NCBI GenBank assembly: GCA_035759945.1
Contig: DASTTX010000202.1
Location: 1 to 56,168, forward strand
Source of the DNA: Candidatus Limnocylindria bacterium
GTDB taxonomy: Bacteria; Chloroflexota; Limnocylindria; QHBO01
Direction: 5' to 3'
Length of the DNA stretch: 56,168 nucleotides
The position numbers were made by a program, and so were the translations under genes. Shown one piece after another: positions 1-10,854 of this stretch (position 1 is the stretch's first letter; every line of letters begins with the position of its first letter). A model generated the notes under the pieces. That model ran no database searches. It saw only the letters and a program-made list of their open reading frames with translations, and was not told where the DNA came from.

Positions 1-1677
1 AGCGTGCTGGAGTACTTCATCTCCAGCCACGGCGCCCGCAAGGGCCTCGCCGACACCGCGCTGCGCACCGCCGACTCCGGGTACCTGACCCGGCGCCTGG
101 TGGACGTGGCCCAGGACGTCATCACCCGCGAGGACGACTGCGGCACGGATCTCGGCACGTGGATCACGCGCGACGAGTCGGAGCAGATCCCCGAGCCGTT
201 CGTCGAGCGGTTGATCGGCCGCATGGCGGCCATCGACGTGGTCGACGAGAAGAGCGGAGAGGTGATCGTCGCCCGCAACGCCGAGATCGACGAGGCAGCG
301 ATCGAGAAGATCGACGCCGCCGGACTCGATCGGGTCAGTGTGCGCTCGCCGCTGACCTGCGCCGCGCGTCACGGCGTGTGCCGCATGTGCTACGGCCGCA
401 ACCTCGCTACCGGCGAGCTGGTCGAGCTGGGCCAGGCGGTCGGCATCATCGCCGCGCAGTCGATCGGTGAGCCGGGCACGCAGCTCACGATGCGGACGTT
501 CCACACCGGCGGCGTCGCCGGCGAGGACATCACGCAGGGCCTGCCGCGCGTCGAGGAGCTGTTCGAGGCGCGCATCCCCAAGGGCCAGGCGACCATGACC
601 GAGATCGACGGCACCGTCGAGGTGCCGCCCGCCGCGGGCGATCAGCCGATCACGGTGCGGGTCACCCATCGCGAGGCGTATGACACGAGCTTCAAGCTCA
701 CGCCGCAGCACGAGATCCTGGTCACCAACGGCGACGAGGTCACCGAGGGCCAGCTGATGGCCCGGCTGGGCGAGGGCGACGACCTGGTGGAGGTCAAGGC
801 CCCGACCGCGGGGCGTGTCACGAAGAAGGGCTCGACCCTGACCCTGCACACCGAGGAGGTGGACGTCCGGGAGTACCCGGTGCCGCACTCGGCGCGCCTG
901 CGCGTCGCCGATGGCGACACGGTCGAGGCCGGCGACTCGCTGACCGAGGGATCGCTCAACCCGAAGGAGCTGCTCGAGATCAAGGGCGTGGACACCGTCC
1001 AGCGCTTCCTGGTCGCCGAGGTCCAGAAGGTGTACCGATCACAGGGCGTGACGATCGCCGACAAGCACATCGAGATCATCGTGCGCCAGATGCTGCGCAA
1101 GGTGACCGTCGACAACCCCGGCGACACCGAGCTGCTGCCGTCGGAGCTCATCGACCGCTTCGAGTTCGAGGAGACGAACAACCGCATCCTGGCCGAGGGC
1201 GGCGAGCCGGCCACGGCACAGACCGTCCTGCTGGGCGTGACCAAGGCGTCGCTCAACACCTCGTCGTTCCTCGCGGCCGCCTCCTTCCAGGAGACGACGC
1301 GGGTGCTGACCGAGGCTGCCATCAACGGCGCCAAGGACCACCTCATCGGCCTCAAGGAGAACGTCATCATCGGAAAGCTGATCCCTGCCGGGACCGGCGC
1401 CGAGGCGCGACGCCTCCAGGCCGAGCGGGCCGCGCAGATCTCCCCCGCGGAGGAGGAGCAGCAGCGCGAGGCCGCGGCGGCGCGGGCCTTCCTGTCGGGC
1501 GATCCCGACGCGGACGGCGATGGCGATGTCGACACGTCGGAGGCGGAGGCCGCTGCCGAGGCCGAGGGCGAGACGATCGCCGAGCTCATGGGCGCGGGCG
1601 ACAACCCCGACATCGAGGCGACCGTCGAGGAAGAGACGTTCGAGGAGCTCAAGGAAGAGGAGCCGGCCAAGAGCTGA
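1..1677 (+). CDS. rpoC: DNA-directed RNA polymerase subunit beta' (C-terminal part; 5' end lies outside the window)
   Basis: The frame is open from the left edge. Conserved beta' blocks are present: [61 protein letters not shown]. Stop is TGA at 1675-1677. The C-terminus is an acidic low-complexity tail. Confidence 0.97.
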   Translation, partial: SVLEYFISSHGARKGLADTALRTADSGYLTRRLVDVAQDVITREDDCGTDLGTWITRDESEQIPEPFVERLIGRMAAIDVVDEKSGEVIVARNAEIDEAAIEKIDAAGLDRVSVRSPLTCAARHGVCRMCYGRNLATGELVELGQAVGIIAAQSIGEPGTQLTMRTFHTGGVAGEDITQGLPRVEELFEARIPKGQATMTEIDGTVEVPPAAGDQPITVRVTHREAYDTSFKLTPQHEILVTNGDEVTEGQLMARLGEGDDLVEVKAPTAGRVTKKGSTLTLHTEEVDVREYPVPHSARLRVADGDTVEAGDSLTEGSLNPKELLEIKGVDTVQRFLVAEVQKVYRSQGVTIADKHIEIIVRQMLRKVTVDNPGDTELLPSELIDRFEFEETNNRILAEGGEPATAQTVLLGVTKASLNTSSFLAAASFQETTRVLTEAAINGAKDHLIGLKENVIIGKLIPAGTGAEARRLQAERAAQISPAEEEQQREAAAARAFLSGDPDADGDGDVDTSEAEAAAEAEGETIAELMGAGDNPDIEATVEEETFEELKEEEPAKS

Positions 1678-1700
1678 GCCTCCGATTCCACGCCACGACA

Positions 1701-1738
1701 GGGGAGCGGGTCTGCGAGGGCCCGCTCCCTTCGTGTTC
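1701..1738 (+). terminator. Putative intrinsic terminator after rpoC
   Basis: A 9-bp GC-rich stem (GGGAGCGGG 1702-1710 pairing with CCCGCTCCC 1721-1729) and 10-nt loop are followed by TTCGTGTT. The U-tract is weak. Confidence 0.45.
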
Positions 1739-1878
1739 CTGGCACCTCGGCCGATGAATCGGCCGCGGATGGGGTGGAACGCGCTCGAATCCGCTCTCCG
1801 TCGAGCGTCGGCCAGGGACGTGGACGGGTGGCCCCCGGGTGCTCCCTCGCGCATCCTGCGAGCGCACCGCGCGTGCGG

Positions 1879-1907
1879 TTGACGCTCGAACCGGTGTTCC
1901 GTATACT
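1879..1907 (+). promoter_or_regulatory. Sigma-70-type promoter for the str operon
   Basis: TTGACG (1879-1884), a 17-nt spacer, then TATACT (1902-1907). It lies about 185 nt upstream of the rpsL start. Confidence 0.55.
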
Positions 1908-2091
1908 CCACCGTCGGTGTCCCGCGTGCGGGACGCCTTCGTGTGTGGCCCGCTGATGAGCTGATGATGACGCTCGTCTGGGCAGCCCAATATCGGCCTC
2001 CCGGGCCATGTCGCATGGGATCGCCGTGGGCGCCGGCTCGGACGCCACGATCGCAGAAAGCACTCAACGCGATACGAACGCGAGGTTCTCG

Positions 2092-2511
2092 TTGCCAACC
2101 ATCAGCCAGCTGGTCCGCAAGGGTCGCAAGCCGGCCATCAAGAAGGTCAAGGCCCCGGCGCTGCGCCGGACGCTGAACACCCTCAAGCAGACGACCAGCG
2201 AGGGGCGTGGCGCGCCGCAGCGACGCGGCGTCTGCCTGCAGGTCATGACGCGCACTCCGAAGAAGCCGAACTCGGCACTTCGGAAGGTCGCCCGTGTCCG
2301 GCTGACGAACGGGATGGAGGTCACGGCCTACATCCCCGGCATCGGTCACAACCTCCAGGAGCACTCGATGGTGCTCGTGCGCGGTGGTCGCGTGAAGGAC
2401 CTTCCCGCGGTCAAGTACCACATCATCCGCGGCACCCTCGATGCGGCCGGGGTCCGCGACCGCAAGCAGGGCCGCAGCAAGTACGGCGCGAAGGCGCCCG
2501 GGAAGTCCTAG
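2092..2511 (+). CDS. rpsL: 30S ribosomal protein S12
   Basis: An in-frame TTG at 2092 gives the canonical N-terminus (L)[11 protein letters not shown], with GAGG 8 nt upstream. Conserved [20 protein letters not shown] and GHNLQEHS...RGGRVKDLP are present. The ORF-track start at 2008 adds 28 non-homologous residues. Confidence 0.95.
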   Translation: MPTISQLVRKGRKPAIKKVKAPALRRTLNTLKQTTSEGRGAPQRRGVCLQVMTRTPKKPNSALRKVARVRLTNGMEVTAYIPGIGHNLQEHSMVLVRGGRVKDLPAVKYHIIRGTLDAAGVRDRKQGRSKYGAKAPGKS

Positions 2512-2514
2512 ACC

Positions 2515-2988
2515 ATGCCTCGTCGTCCCACGGTCGCGCGCAAGACGAAGTACGCGGAGCAGCTCACCGGCACCGCGCTCACGCTCGACCAGTTCACCAA
2601 CAAGCTCATGTATGGCGGCAAGCGCCACCTCGCGCATCGCATCCTCGAGGATGCCCTGGCGCGCTGCGAGGCGCAGGCCGGTCGTGCCGGCGTCGAGGTC
2701 CTGGAGCAGGCCCTCCGCAACGCCATGCCCCTCATCGAGGTCAAGCCCAAGCGCGTGGGTGGCTCGACCTACCAGATCCCGGTGGAGGTTCGCGCCGACC
2801 GCCGCGTCAGCCTCGGCATGCGCTGGCTGATCGACTCGGCTCGCAAGCGCAACGGCAAGAGCATGTCCGACAAGCTCGCCGCCGAGCTCATGGACGCCAG
2901 CAACGGCATCGGCGCCGCGGTCAAGCGCCGCGAGGACACGCATCGCATGGCCGATGCCAACAAGGCCTTCAGCCACTTCAAGTGGTAG
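2515..2988 (+). CDS. rpsG: 30S ribosomal protein S7
   Basis: [11 protein letters not shown]-terminus and the [14 protein letters not shown] motif. Position is right after rpsL. Confidence 0.97.
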   Translation: MPRRPTVARKTKYAEQLTGTALTLDQFTNKLMYGGKRHLAHRILEDALARCEAQAGRAGVEVLEQALRNAMPLIEVKPKRVGGSTYQIPVEVRADRRVSLGMRWLIDSARKRNGKSMSDKLAAELMDASNGIGAAVKRREDTHRMADANKAFSHFKW

Positions 2989-2992
2989 ACCG

Positions 2993-5104
2993 ATGACCAC
3001 CAGCGCCGCCACCAGGACCGACCGCGCGGGCACCAGCGTGCCGCTCGAGCGCACCCGGAATATCGGGATCATCGCGCACATCGACGCCGGCAAGACGACG
3101 GTGACCGAGCGGATCCTGTTCTACACCAAGAAGATCTACAAGATCGGCGAGACGCACGAGGGTGCGGCCACGATGGACTGGATGGAGCAGGAGCAGGAGC
3201 GGGGGATCACGATCACCGCGGCCGCCACGACCTGCTTCTGGCATGACCATCGCATCAACCTGATCGACACGCCCGGGCACGTGGACTTTACGGTGGAGGT
3301 GGAGCGCAGCCTGCGGGTGCTCGATGGCGCGGTCGTCGTCTTCGACGGCGTCGCGGGCGTCGAGCCTCAGTCGGAGACGGTCTGGCGCCAGGCGGACAAG
3401 TACCACGTGCCGCGCTTCTGCTTCGTCAACAAGCTCGACCGCACCGGCGCCGACTTCTGGCACGTCGTCGAGACGATCAAGAACCGGCTCGGCGTGACCG
3501 CGGTGCCGCTCCAGGTCCCGATGGGGATCGAGGATCAGTTCCGCGGCGTGATCGACCTGATCAACATGAAGGCGATTACCTACGGCAACGACCTGGGCGA
3601 CCAGATCGAGGTCGGGGACATCCCGGCCGAGTTCCAGGCGAAGGCCGACGAGTGGCGCGAGAAGATGATCGAGGCGCTCGCCGATCTCGACGACGACATC
3701 GCGCACAAGTACCTCGAGGCCGAGGAGATCGGCGCCGATGAGCTTCGCCGCGCCCTGCGCGCCGGCACCCTCGCGTACCGGATCGTGCCGGTGCTGTGCG
3801 GCTCCGCCCTCAAGAACAAGGGCGTCCAGCCGATGCTCGACGCCGTGATCGACTACCTTCCCAGCCCGCTTGACGTGCCGGCGGTCAGTGGCACGGACCC
3901 GCGCTCCGGCGAGGAGCTGACGCGCGAGACCGACCCGAGCGCGCCGTTCTCCGCGCTGGCGTTCAAGATCGCGGCCGATCCGTTCGTCGGCAAGCTGGCG
4001 TTCTTCCGGGTGTACTCCGGCACGCTGAAGACGGGCTCGTACGTGTACAACAGCACGAAGGGCACGAAGGAGCGCGTCGGCCGCATCCTCCAGATGCACG
4101 CCAACCACCGCGAGGAGATCGACCAGGTCAGCGCCGGCGACATCGCCGCCGCGGTCGGCCTGAAGAACACCACCACCGGCGACACCCTCACCGAGGAGGG
4201 CAAGCCGATCGTGCTGGAGTCGATCACCTTCCCGGAGCCCGTCATCGAGCTGGCGGTCGAGCCGAAGACGAAGGCCGACCAAGACAAGATGGCGGTCGCC
4301 CTCCAGCGGCTGGCCGAGGAGGACCCCACCTTCCGCGTCCATACCGACCAGGAGTCGAGCCAGACCCGCATCGCCGGCATGGGCGAGCTGCACCTCGAGG
4401 TGCTGGTCGACCGCATGCTGCGCGAGTTCAAGGTTCAGGCCAACGTCGGGCGCCCGCAGGTCAGCTACCGCGAGGCGATCCGACGCAGCGTGCCGAAGGC
4501 CGAGGGTCGCTTCGTGCGCCAGACCGGTGGCAAGGGCCAGTATGGCCACGCCGTGCTGACGCTCGAGCCGCTCGAGCGCGGCGCGGGATTCGAGTGGGAG
4601 TCGAAGGTCGTGGGCGGCGCCGTGCCGCGCGAGTACTGGCGCGCCATCGAGGAGGGCGTCAAGGACGCGCTCGCCGGCGGGGTGGTGGCCGGGTACCCCG
4701 TCATCGACGTCAAGGCCACGCTCATCGACGGCTCGTTCCACGAGGTCGACTCGTCGGAGATGGCCTTCAAGATCGCCGGTAGCATGGCCGCCAAGGATGG
4801 GGTCGCCAAGGCGGACCCGGCCATCCTGGAGCCGGTCATGAAGGTCGAGGTGACGACGCCCGACGAGTTCATGGGCGACGTCATCGGCAATCTCAACGCC
4901 CGCCGCGGGCAGATCGACGGGATCGACGAGCGCGGCAGCAGCCGCATGATCCGGGCGCACGTGCCGCTGGCCGAGATGTTCGGCTACGCGACCGAGCTAC
5001 GCAGCATGACGCAGGGTCGTGCCACCTACTCGATGGAGTTCGGCCGCTATGCCGAAGTGCCATCGAATCTCGCCAACGAGCTCATCGCCAAGTCAAAGAC
5101 CTAA
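2993..5104 (+). CDS. fusA: Elongation factor G
   Basis: ATG at 2993 lies just after the rpsG stop. G1-G4 motifs are present ([21 protein letters not shown]), with the full EF-G domain order through the C-terminus. Confidence 0.97.
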   Translation: MTTSAATRTDRAGTSVPLERTRNIGIIAHIDAGKTTVTERILFYTKKIYKIGETHEGAATMDWMEQEQERGITITAAATTCFWHDHRINLIDTPGHVDFTVEVERSLRVLDGAVVVFDGVAGVEPQSETVWRQADKYHVPRFCFVNKLDRTGADFWHVVETIKNRLGVTAVPLQVPMGIEDQFRGVIDLINMKAITYGNDLGDQIEVGDIPAEFQAKADEWREKMIEALADLDDDIAHKYLEAEEIGADELRRALRAGTLAYRIVPVLCGSALKNKGVQPMLDAVIDYLPSPLDVPAVSGTDPRSGEELTRETDPSAPFSALAFKIAADPFVGKLAFFRVYSGTLKTGSYVYNSTKGTKERVGRILQMHANHREEIDQVSAGDIAAAVGLKNTTTGDTLTEEGKPIVLESITFPEPVIELAVEPKTKADQDKMAVALQRLAEEDPTFRVHTDQESSQTRIAGMGELHLEVLVDRMLREFKVQANVGRPQVSYREAIRRSVPKAEGRFVRQTGGKGQYGHAVLTLEPLERGAGFEWESKVVGGAVPREYWRAIEEGVKDALAGGVVAGYPVIDVKATLIDGSFHEVDSSEMAFKIAGSMAAKDGVAKADPAILEPVMKVEVTTPDEFMGDVIGNLNARRGQIDGIDERGSSRMIRAHVPLAEMFGYATELRSMTQGRATYSMEFGRYAEVPSNLANELIAKSKT

Positions 5105-5174
5105 GCACCGGCGGGAACGCCCGCCGACCCATCTTTCGAGTGGGACCAGAACAGAGGAGCGACGAAGGACCAAC

Positions 5175-6377
5175 ATGGCCAAGCAGAAGTTCGACCGCAG
5201 CAAGCCGCACGTGAACGTCGGCACGATCGGTCACGTCGACCACGGCAAGACGACCCTGACCGCCGCGATCACGAAGTACCTGTCGCTGTCCGGTCTCGCC
5301 GACTTCAGCGCGTTCGACCAGATCGACAACGCGCCGGAGGAGCGCCAGCGCGGCATCACGATCGCGATCAGCCACGTCGAGTACCAGACCGCGAATCGCC
5401 ACTACGCGCACGTCGACTGCCCCGGGCACGCCGACTACATCAAGAACATGATCACCGGCGCCGCCCAGATGGACGGCGCGATCCTGGTCGTGTCCGCCGC
5501 CGACGGCCCGATGCCGCAGACGCGCGAGCACATCCTCCTGGCCCGCCAGGTCGAGGTGCCGAGCCTGGTCGTCTTCCTCAACAAGGTCGACATGGTCGAC
5601 GACGAGATGCTCATCGACCTCGTCGAGATGGAGGTGCGCGAGCTCCTCAGCAAGTACGAGTTCCCCGGCGACGACATCCCGGTCGTCCGCGGCTCGGCCC
5701 TCAAGGCCCTCGAGTCGACCAGCGACGACCCGGAGAACGCCGACTACGCCTCCATCAAGGAGCTGATGGACGCGGTCGACTCGTACATCCCGACCCCGGC
5801 CCGCGAGACCGAGAAGCCGTTCCTGATGCCGATCGAGGACGTCTTCGGCATCAAGGGTCGCGGCACCGTGGCCACCGGCCGCATCGAGCGCGGTGTGGTC
5901 AACACCGGCGACACGGTCGAGCTGGTCGGCATCCATGAGAAGACGCGCGACCTGGTCGTGACCGGCGTCGAGATGTTCAAGAAGACGCTCGACCAGGGCC
6001 AGGCCGGCGACAACGTGGGGCTGCTCCTGCGCGGCATCGAGCGCGACGAGCTCGAGCGCGGCCAGGTGCTGTCCAAGAAGGGCAGCGTGAAGCCCGGCAC
6101 GAAGTTCAAGGCCGAGGTGTACGTGCTCTCCAAGGAGGAGGGCGGCCGCCACACGCCGTTCTACGCGGGCTACCGGCCGCAGTTCTATCTGCGCACGACG
6201 GACGTGACCGGCGCGATCATCCTGCCGCAGGGCGTCGAGATGATCATGCCTGGTGACAACGTCAACATCGACGTCGAGCTGATCACGCCGATCGCCATCG
6301 AGCAGGGCCAGCGCTTCGCCATCCGCGAGGGTGGCCACACCGTCGGCGCCGGCGTCATCACCGAGGTCACCGGCTAG
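5175..6377 (+). CDS. tuf: Elongation factor Tu
   Basis: [36 protein letters not shown] and NKVD motifs. ATG at 5175 is preceded by GGAGCGACGAAGGA. Confidence 0.98.
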   Translation: MAKQKFDRSKPHVNVGTIGHVDHGKTTLTAAITKYLSLSGLADFSAFDQIDNAPEERQRGITIAISHVEYQTANRHYAHVDCPGHADYIKNMITGAAQMDGAILVVSAADGPMPQTREHILLARQVEVPSLVVFLNKVDMVDDEMLIDLVEMEVRELLSKYEFPGDDIPVVRGSALKALESTSDDPENADYASIKELMDAVDSYIPTPARETEKPFLMPIEDVFGIKGRGTVATGRIERGVVNTGDTVELVGIHEKTRDLVVTGVEMFKKTLDQGQAGDNVGLLLRGIERDELERGQVLSKKGSVKPGTKFKAEVYVLSKEEGGRHTPFYAGYRPQFYLRTTDVTGAIILPQGVEMIMPGDNVNIDVELITPIAIEQGQRFAIREGGHTVGAGVITEVTG

Positions 6378-6382
6378 CCATC

Positions 6383-6691
6383 ATGGCCAAGCAGCGCATC
6401 CGCATCCGGCTCAAGGCGTACGACCACAAGCTGCTCGACCAGTCGGCCGAGCAGATCGTGGAGACCGCGCAGCGCACCGGCGCCGACGTCGCCGGTCCGG
6501 TGCCGCTGCCGACTCGGATCGAGAAGTACACCGTCATTCGCGGCCCGTTCGTCCACAAGGACGGGCGGGAGCAGTTCGAGATCCGGACGCACAAGCGCCT
6601 CATCGACATCATCGACCCGTCCACCAAGACGGTCGATGCGCTGATGCGGCTGTCGCTGGCGGCCGGCGTCGACATCGAAATCAAGATGTGA
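6383..6691 (+). CDS. rpsJ: 30S ribosomal protein S10
   Basis: [19 protein letters not shown]; 102 aa; first gene of the S10 operon order. Confidence 0.97.
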   Translation: MAKQRIRIRLKAYDHKLLDQSAEQIVETAQRTGADVAGPVPLPTRIEKYTVIRGPFVHKDGREQFEIRTHKRLIDIIDPSTKTVDALMRLSLAAGVDIEIKM

Positions 6692-6758
6692 ACCGCCTGC
6701 GACGGGGCGACCCGCCGCAGGAAGTTCCGCCATCAGACCAGAAGGGAAACCACCAACA

Positions 6759-7382
6759 GTGCCGGCAGGATTGATCGGGAGGAAGCTCGGAATGACGCGC
6801 ATCTTCGCGGACGACGGAAGCGTCGTCCCGGTGAGCGTCATCGAGGCTGCCCCGAACACCGTCACGCGACTTCGCTCCGTCGAGACCGACGGCTATACGG
6901 CCGTGCAGCTCGGCAGCGGGACCGCGAGGCGCTCGACAAAGCCGGTTGCCGGCCAGTTCAAGCACCTTGACAAGGACCAGCAGCGCCCGAAGGACGTGCG
7001 CGAGTTCCGGCTCGACGCGACCGATGGCTACGAGGTCGGACAGCAGCTCGGCGTCGACGTCTTCGCCGCGGGTGAGCTGGTGGACGTCATCGGCGTCAGC
7101 AAGGGCCATGGCTTCACGGGTGTCATCGCGCGCCACAACTTCCGGCGCGGACCGAAGTCGCACGGCTCCGACCATCATCGCGCGCCAGGATCCATCGGCG
7201 CGGGAACCTATCCCGGCCGGGTCTGGAAGGGCACGCGCATGGCCGGTCACATGGGCAACGAGCGAGTGACCGTGAAGAAGCTGAAGGTCGTGAAGGTCGA
7301 TCCCGAGCGCAACCTCATCCTCGTCAAGGGGGCGGTTCCGGGGGCGCGCAACGGCCTCCTGCTGGTGCAGAAGGCGAAGTGA
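6759..7382 (+). CDS. rplC: 50S ribosomal protein L3
   Basis: GTG start; GLIGRKLGMTRIF and the FRRGPKSHGS motif. Confidence 0.96.
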   Translation: MPAGLIGRKLGMTRIFADDGSVVPVSVIEAAPNTVTRLRSVETDGYTAVQLGSGTARRSTKPVAGQFKHLDKDQQRPKDVREFRLDATDGYEVGQQLGVDVFAAGELVDVIGVSKGHGFTGVIARHNFRRGPKSHGSDHHRAPGSIGAGTYPGRVWKGTRMAGHMGNERVTVKKLKVVKVDPERNLILVKGAVPGARNGLLLVQKAK

Positions 7383-8011
7383 CGATGCCGCAGACGACGA
7401 CGATCCTCAAGGCCGATGGCGCCGAGGCCGGCAAGCTCGAGCTTGCCGACAGCCTCTTCGGCGCGCCGGTCAACGAGTCACTCATCCACCAGGCCGTGGT
7501 CCGCCAGCTGGCGGGACGCCGCCTCGGCACCTCCGACACGCTGACGCGTGGCGAGGTGCGCGGCCGCGGCGCCAAGCCGTGGCGGCAGAAGGGGCCCGGC
7601 CGCGCGCGGCAGGGCACCAAGTCGGCGCCGCACTGGGCCGGCGGCGGCGTGGTCTTCGGGCCGCACCCGCGCAGCTACGACCAGAAGATGCCGGCCAAGA
7701 TGCGACGCAGCGCCCTGCGCGGCGTCCTCTCCGCCAAGCGCGCCGACGACGAGCTGCGCGTGGTCGAGGGCTTCGGCATCGACGAGATCAAGACGAAGAC
7801 GATGCTCGAGCGGCTCGCCGCCTGGAAGGCGGGCGGCAAGGTGCTGCTCGTCCTGCCGGCGCGCGACGAGAAGGTCGAGCTGTCGTGCCGCAACCTGCGC
7901 GAGGTCCGCGTGGTGCTGGCCGACAGCCTGAACGTGGTCGACCTGCTGGAGGCCGATACGGTCGTCTTCACCCGCGACGCGCTCGAGCGCGCACAGGAGG
8001 TGTACGGATGA
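7379..8011 (+). CDS. rplD: 50S ribosomal protein L4
   Basis: KPWRQKGPGRARQG motif. GTG at 7379 overlaps the rplC stop (GTGA); an alternative ATG lies at 7385. Confidence 0.94.
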   Translation: MTMPQTTTILKADGAEAGKLELADSLFGAPVNESLIHQAVVRQLAGRRLGTSDTLTRGEVRGRGAKPWRQKGPGRARQGTKSAPHWAGGGVVFGPHPRSYDQKMPAKMRRSALRGVLSAKRADDELRVVEGFGIDEIKTKTMLERLAAWKAGGKVLLVLPARDEKVELSCRNLREVRVVLADSLNVVDLLEADTVVFTRDALERAQEVYG

Positions 8012-8304
8012 CCGCCAGCAGCGTGCACGACGTGCTCCTGCGCCCCGTGATCAGCGAGAAGAGCACGCTCGAGGCCGAGCGCAACAACTACACCTTCGCC
8101 GTCGCGCGTGACGCGAACAAGTTCGTCATCAAGGCCGCCGTCGAGACCGAGTTCAAGGTCACCGTCCTCGGCGTGCGGGTCGTCAGCGTCCGTCCCAAGC
8201 AGAAGCGGCGTGGCCGCCGAACGATGGGGATGGTGCCGGGCTGGAAGAAGGCCATCGTGACGATCGCGCCGGGTGACAAGATCGAGCTCTTCGAGGCCGT
8301 CTGA
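8008..8304 (+). CDS. rplW: 50S ribosomal protein L23
   Basis: ATG at 8008 overlaps the rplD stop (ATGA). [10 protein letters not shown]...YTFAV...ANK..IK.AVE is L23-like. The gene is hidden in the 3' part of the longer ORF 7579-8304. Confidence 0.95.
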   Translation: MTASSVHDVLLRPVISEKSTLEAERNNYTFAVARDANKFVIKAAVETEFKVTVLGVRVVSVRPKQKRRGRRTMGMVPGWKKAIVTIAPGDKIELFEAV

Positions 8305-8305
8305 C

Positions 8306-9139
8306 ATGCCACTTCGCAACTATCGACCCACGTCGCCCGGCCTCCGGGAGATGACCCGCTCGACGTTCGAGGAGGTCACCACCGATACGCCGCACAAGCC
8401 GCTCACCGAGCGGCTGGTTCGGCGTGCCGGCCGCAACAGCCAGGGCAAGCTGACCGTTCGCCACCAGGGTTCGGGGCACAAGCGGCTGTACCGCGTCATC
8501 GACTGGAAGCGCGACAAGTTCGGCGTTCCGGCACGGATCGCGACGGTCGAGTACGACCCGAATCGCTCGGCGCGCATCGGCCTCCTCCACTACGCGGATG
8601 GCGACAAGCGCTACATGCTCCTGCCGCACGGCCTGGGCGTCGGCGACACGGTCGCCGCCGGTCCGGACGTCGAGGCGCGCACCGGCAACGCATTGCCGAT
8701 GAGCCGCATCCCGCTGGGCACGCAGATCCACAACATCGAGCTGGTCGCCGGCCGCGGCGGGCAGATCGTGCGGAGCGCCGGCAGCAGCGCGCAGCTGCTT
8801 GCCAAGGAGGGCGACTACGCCACCATCCGCCTCCCGTCGGGCGAGGTGCGCCGCGTGCGCATCGAGTGCATGGCCACCATCGGCCAGGTCAGCAACCTGG
8901 ACCACGAGAACCAGAAGATCGGCAAGGCCGGTCGCGCCCGCCACATGGGCAAGCGGCCGACCGTGCGCGGATCGGCGATGAACCCGCGCGACCATCCGCA
9001 TGGTGGTGGCGAGGGCAAGCAGCCGACCGGCATGCCGCCCAAGACGAAGTGGGGCAAGCCGGCCATGGGCCTCCGCACCCGGGTCAAGAAGAACAAGTCA
9101 AGCAAGCTGATCGTCCGCCGACGATACGGGCGAGGTTAG
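8306..9139 (+). CDS. rplB: 50S ribosomal protein L2
   Basis: [12 protein letters not shown] start at ATG 8306. [16 protein letters not shown] motif. Confidence 0.97.
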   Translation: MPLRNYRPTSPGLREMTRSTFEEVTTDTPHKPLTERLVRRAGRNSQGKLTVRHQGSGHKRLYRVIDWKRDKFGVPARIATVEYDPNRSARIGLLHYADGDKRYMLLPHGLGVGDTVAAGPDVEARTGNALPMSRIPLGTQIHNIELVAGRGGQIVRSAGSSAQLLAKEGDYATIRLPSGEVRRVRIECMATIGQVSNLDHENQKIGKAGRARHMGKRPTVRGSAMNPRDHPHGGGEGKQPTGMPPKTKWGKPAMGLRTRVKKNKSSKLIVRRRYGRG

Positions 9140-9148
9140 GGCAGAGAG

Positions 9149-9436
9149 ATGAGTCGTTCCGTCAAGAAGGGACCATTCGTCGACGCGCGCCTGCTCGGCC
9201 GCATCGACGACATGAACAAGCGCAGCGAGCGCAAGGTCCTCAAGACCTGGTCGCGCGCCAGCGTGATCTTCCCGCAGATGATCGGTCACACGATCGCCGT
9301 CCACGACGGCCGTCGCCACGTGCCGGTCTTCATCACCGAGAACATGGTCGGGCACCGGCTCGGCGAGTTCGCACCGACCCGCACCTACCGCGGGCACGCC
9401 GGACGCGCCACCGAGCGCTCGTCGGCGCTGAAGTAG
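9149..9436 (+). CDS. rpsS: 30S ribosomal protein S19
   Basis: [12 protein letters not shown]...[23 protein letters not shown]. Confidence 0.97.
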   Translation: MSRSVKKGPFVDARLLGRIDDMNKRSERKVLKTWSRASVIFPQMIGHTIAVHDGRRHVPVFITENMVGHRLGEFAPTRTYRGHAGRATERSSALK

Positions 9437-9443
9437 GGGATCG

Positions 9444-9785
9444 ATGCAAGTCAGCGCCACCGCCAAGTACATCCGCATCAGCCCCCGCAAGGTGCGGCTG
9501 GTGACCGACCTCATCGCCGGCAAGCCGGTCGAGGAGGCCGCGGCGATCCTGCGCTTCCTGCCGAACGCGGCGGCGAAGGACGTTGCCAAGGTGCTCAAGA
9601 GCGCCACGGCCAACGCGGAGAACAACTACAACCTGTCGGCCGATGAGCTGCGCGTGGTGAGCGCGGTGGCCAACGAGGGCCCGACCCTGAAGCGCGGACG
9701 CCCGCGTGCGCAGGGCCGCTACTTCCAGGTGTTGAAGCGAACCAGCCACATCACCGTCGCGGTGGCTGACCGAGAGGAGTCGTAA
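9444..9785 (+). CDS. rplV: 50S ribosomal protein L22
   Basis: [14 protein letters not shown] and PTLKR.RPRA.GR motifs. Confidence 0.96.
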   Translation: MQVSATAKYIRISPRKVRLVTDLIAGKPVEEAAAILRFLPNAAAKDVAKVLKSATANAENNYNLSADELRVVSAVANEGPTLKRGRPRAQGRYFQVLKRTSHITVAVADREES

Positions 9786-10852
9786 TGGGTCACAAGGTTC
9801 ACCCCTACGGCTTCCGGATCGGCATCATCAAGCCCTGGCTGGCGAAGTGGTACGCGGATCGCGACTACGCCACGCTGCTCCAGGAGGACATGCGGATCCG
9901 GGAGCTGGTCGCCAAGCAGCTCTCGAACGCCAGCGTGAGCCAGGTCGAGATCGAGCGCGGCATCAACCACGTCACCGTGACGGTGCACACCGCCAAGCCC
10001 GGGATCGTCATCGGCAAGGGCGGCGCGAACGTCGAGGCGCTGCGCACCAACGTGGGCAAGCTGACCAACAAGAAGGTCAAGCTCGAGATCAAGGAGATCC
10101 TCCAGCCGGAGCTGGACGGCATGCTGCTGGCCCAGAACGTCGCCGGTCAGCTGGAGCGGCGCATCGCGTTCCGCAAGGCGATCAAGCAGTCGATCCAGCG
10201 CACGATCAAGGCCGGCGCCAAGGGCGTCAAGATCCAGGTCTCCGGTCGCCTCGGTGGCTCGGAGATGAGCCGCACCGAGTGGGACAAGGAGGGACGCATC
10301 CCCCTCGGAACGCTGCGCGCCGACATCAGCTACGGCGTCGTCCACGCGCACACTACCTACGGGCGCATCGGCGTCAAGGCGTGGGTCTACCGCGGTGAAC
10401 AGCTCGGCGAGCGCCCGGGCAGCGCCCGAACGGAGCCGCGCGCTCCGCGACGCGGCACCGCGCCGGCACGCACGCGCGGCGCGCGTGCGGCGACTGCGCG
10501 ACCTGAGGACGGCGGCGCGCCGACGGCAACCGCCGTCGAGGAGCCGGCGCCGAAGCCGCGCGCGCCTCGACGCACGTCGAAGGCGGCCGTCGAGCCGACG
10601 CCGGCCGAGCCGACGCCGGCCGAGCCGGAGACCGCGGCTGACGCGCCGAGCAAGGCGACCCAGGCCACCGAGACGGCACCGACGGCCGATCAGACCGAAG
10701 CGCCGGCAGCTGCCACGGCCGCGGACACCGAGCCTGCGGCGGCATCGGCTCCGGAGGTTGGTCCGACGGACGACGGCGACGGCGCCGCGGAGGCGAGCGC
10801 TTCGGACGCGTCGGACGCATCGGCATCCGAGCCGAGCGACAAGGAGTCCTGA
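9785..10852 (+). CDS. rpsC: 30S ribosomal protein S3 with a long low-complexity C-terminal extension
   Basis: [13 protein letters not shown], the KH-domain GIVIGKGG and RIGVKAWVY define the core (about residues 1-205). Roughly 150 further residues are rich in A/P/T/E/R. The start overlaps the rplV stop (TAATG). Confidence 0.95.
   Translation: MGHKVHPYGFRIGIIKPWLAKWYADRDYATLLQEDMRIRELVAKQLSNASVSQVEIERGINHVTVTVHTAKPGIVIGKGGANVEALRTNVGKLTNKKVKLEIKEILQPELDGMLLAQNVAGQLERRIAFRKAIKQSIQRTIKAGAKGVKIQVSGRLGGSEMSRTEWDKEGRIPLGTLRADISYGVVHAHTTYGRIGVKAWVYRGEQLGERPGSARTEPRAPRRGTAPARTRGARAATARPEDGGAPTATAVEEPAPKPRAPRRTSKAAVEPTPAEPTPAEPETAADAPSKATQATETAPTADQTEAPAAATAADTEPAAASAPEVGPTDDGDGAAEASASDASDASASEPSDKES
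10591..10630 (+). repeat. Tandem 15-nt repeat inside the rpsC tail
   Basis: CGAGCCGACGCCGGC occurs at 10591-10605 and 10606-10620, followed by a degenerate third copy. It encodes the [15 protein letters not shown] repeat. Confidence 0.7.
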
Positions 10853-10854
10853 CG

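Noticed and set aside
1953-1967. Tandem CTGATGA motifs (CTGATGAGCTGATGATGA) in the rpsL leader, reminiscent of the hammerhead ribozyme core.
   Set aside because: I could not build helices I-III. The nearest GAAA lies about 95 nt away, and no cleavage-site context could be drawn. This is most likely coincidence.
2008-2091. N-terminal extensions implied by the ORF-track starts for rpsL, fusA (2954), tuf (5019), rplB (8273), rpsH (13449), rplR (14393), truA (22286), alr (30302), tsaE (38022), tsaB (38642) and corA (52050).
   Set aside because: In every case the extra residues are non-homologous and overlap the preceding gene. A start codon sits exactly at the conserved N-terminus, often in a 4-nt overlap or behind a Shine-Dalgarno sequence.
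1039-3093. A 684-aa minus-strand ORF, along with similar long minus-strand ORFs: 2978-4960, 14168-16003, 16054-17541, 24860-27238, 27589-29517, 35517-37523, 41644-43494, 43091-45055 and 48846-50828.
   Set aside because: Each lies antisense to a + strand gene with unmistakable conserved motifs (rpoC/rpsL/rpsG, fusA, the spc operon, secY, cdaR/glmM, glmS, glmU, glyQS and others). Their translations are Arg/Gly/Ala/Leu/Asp-rich with no recognisable motifs. Stop-poor antisense frames are expected in very GC-rich DNA.
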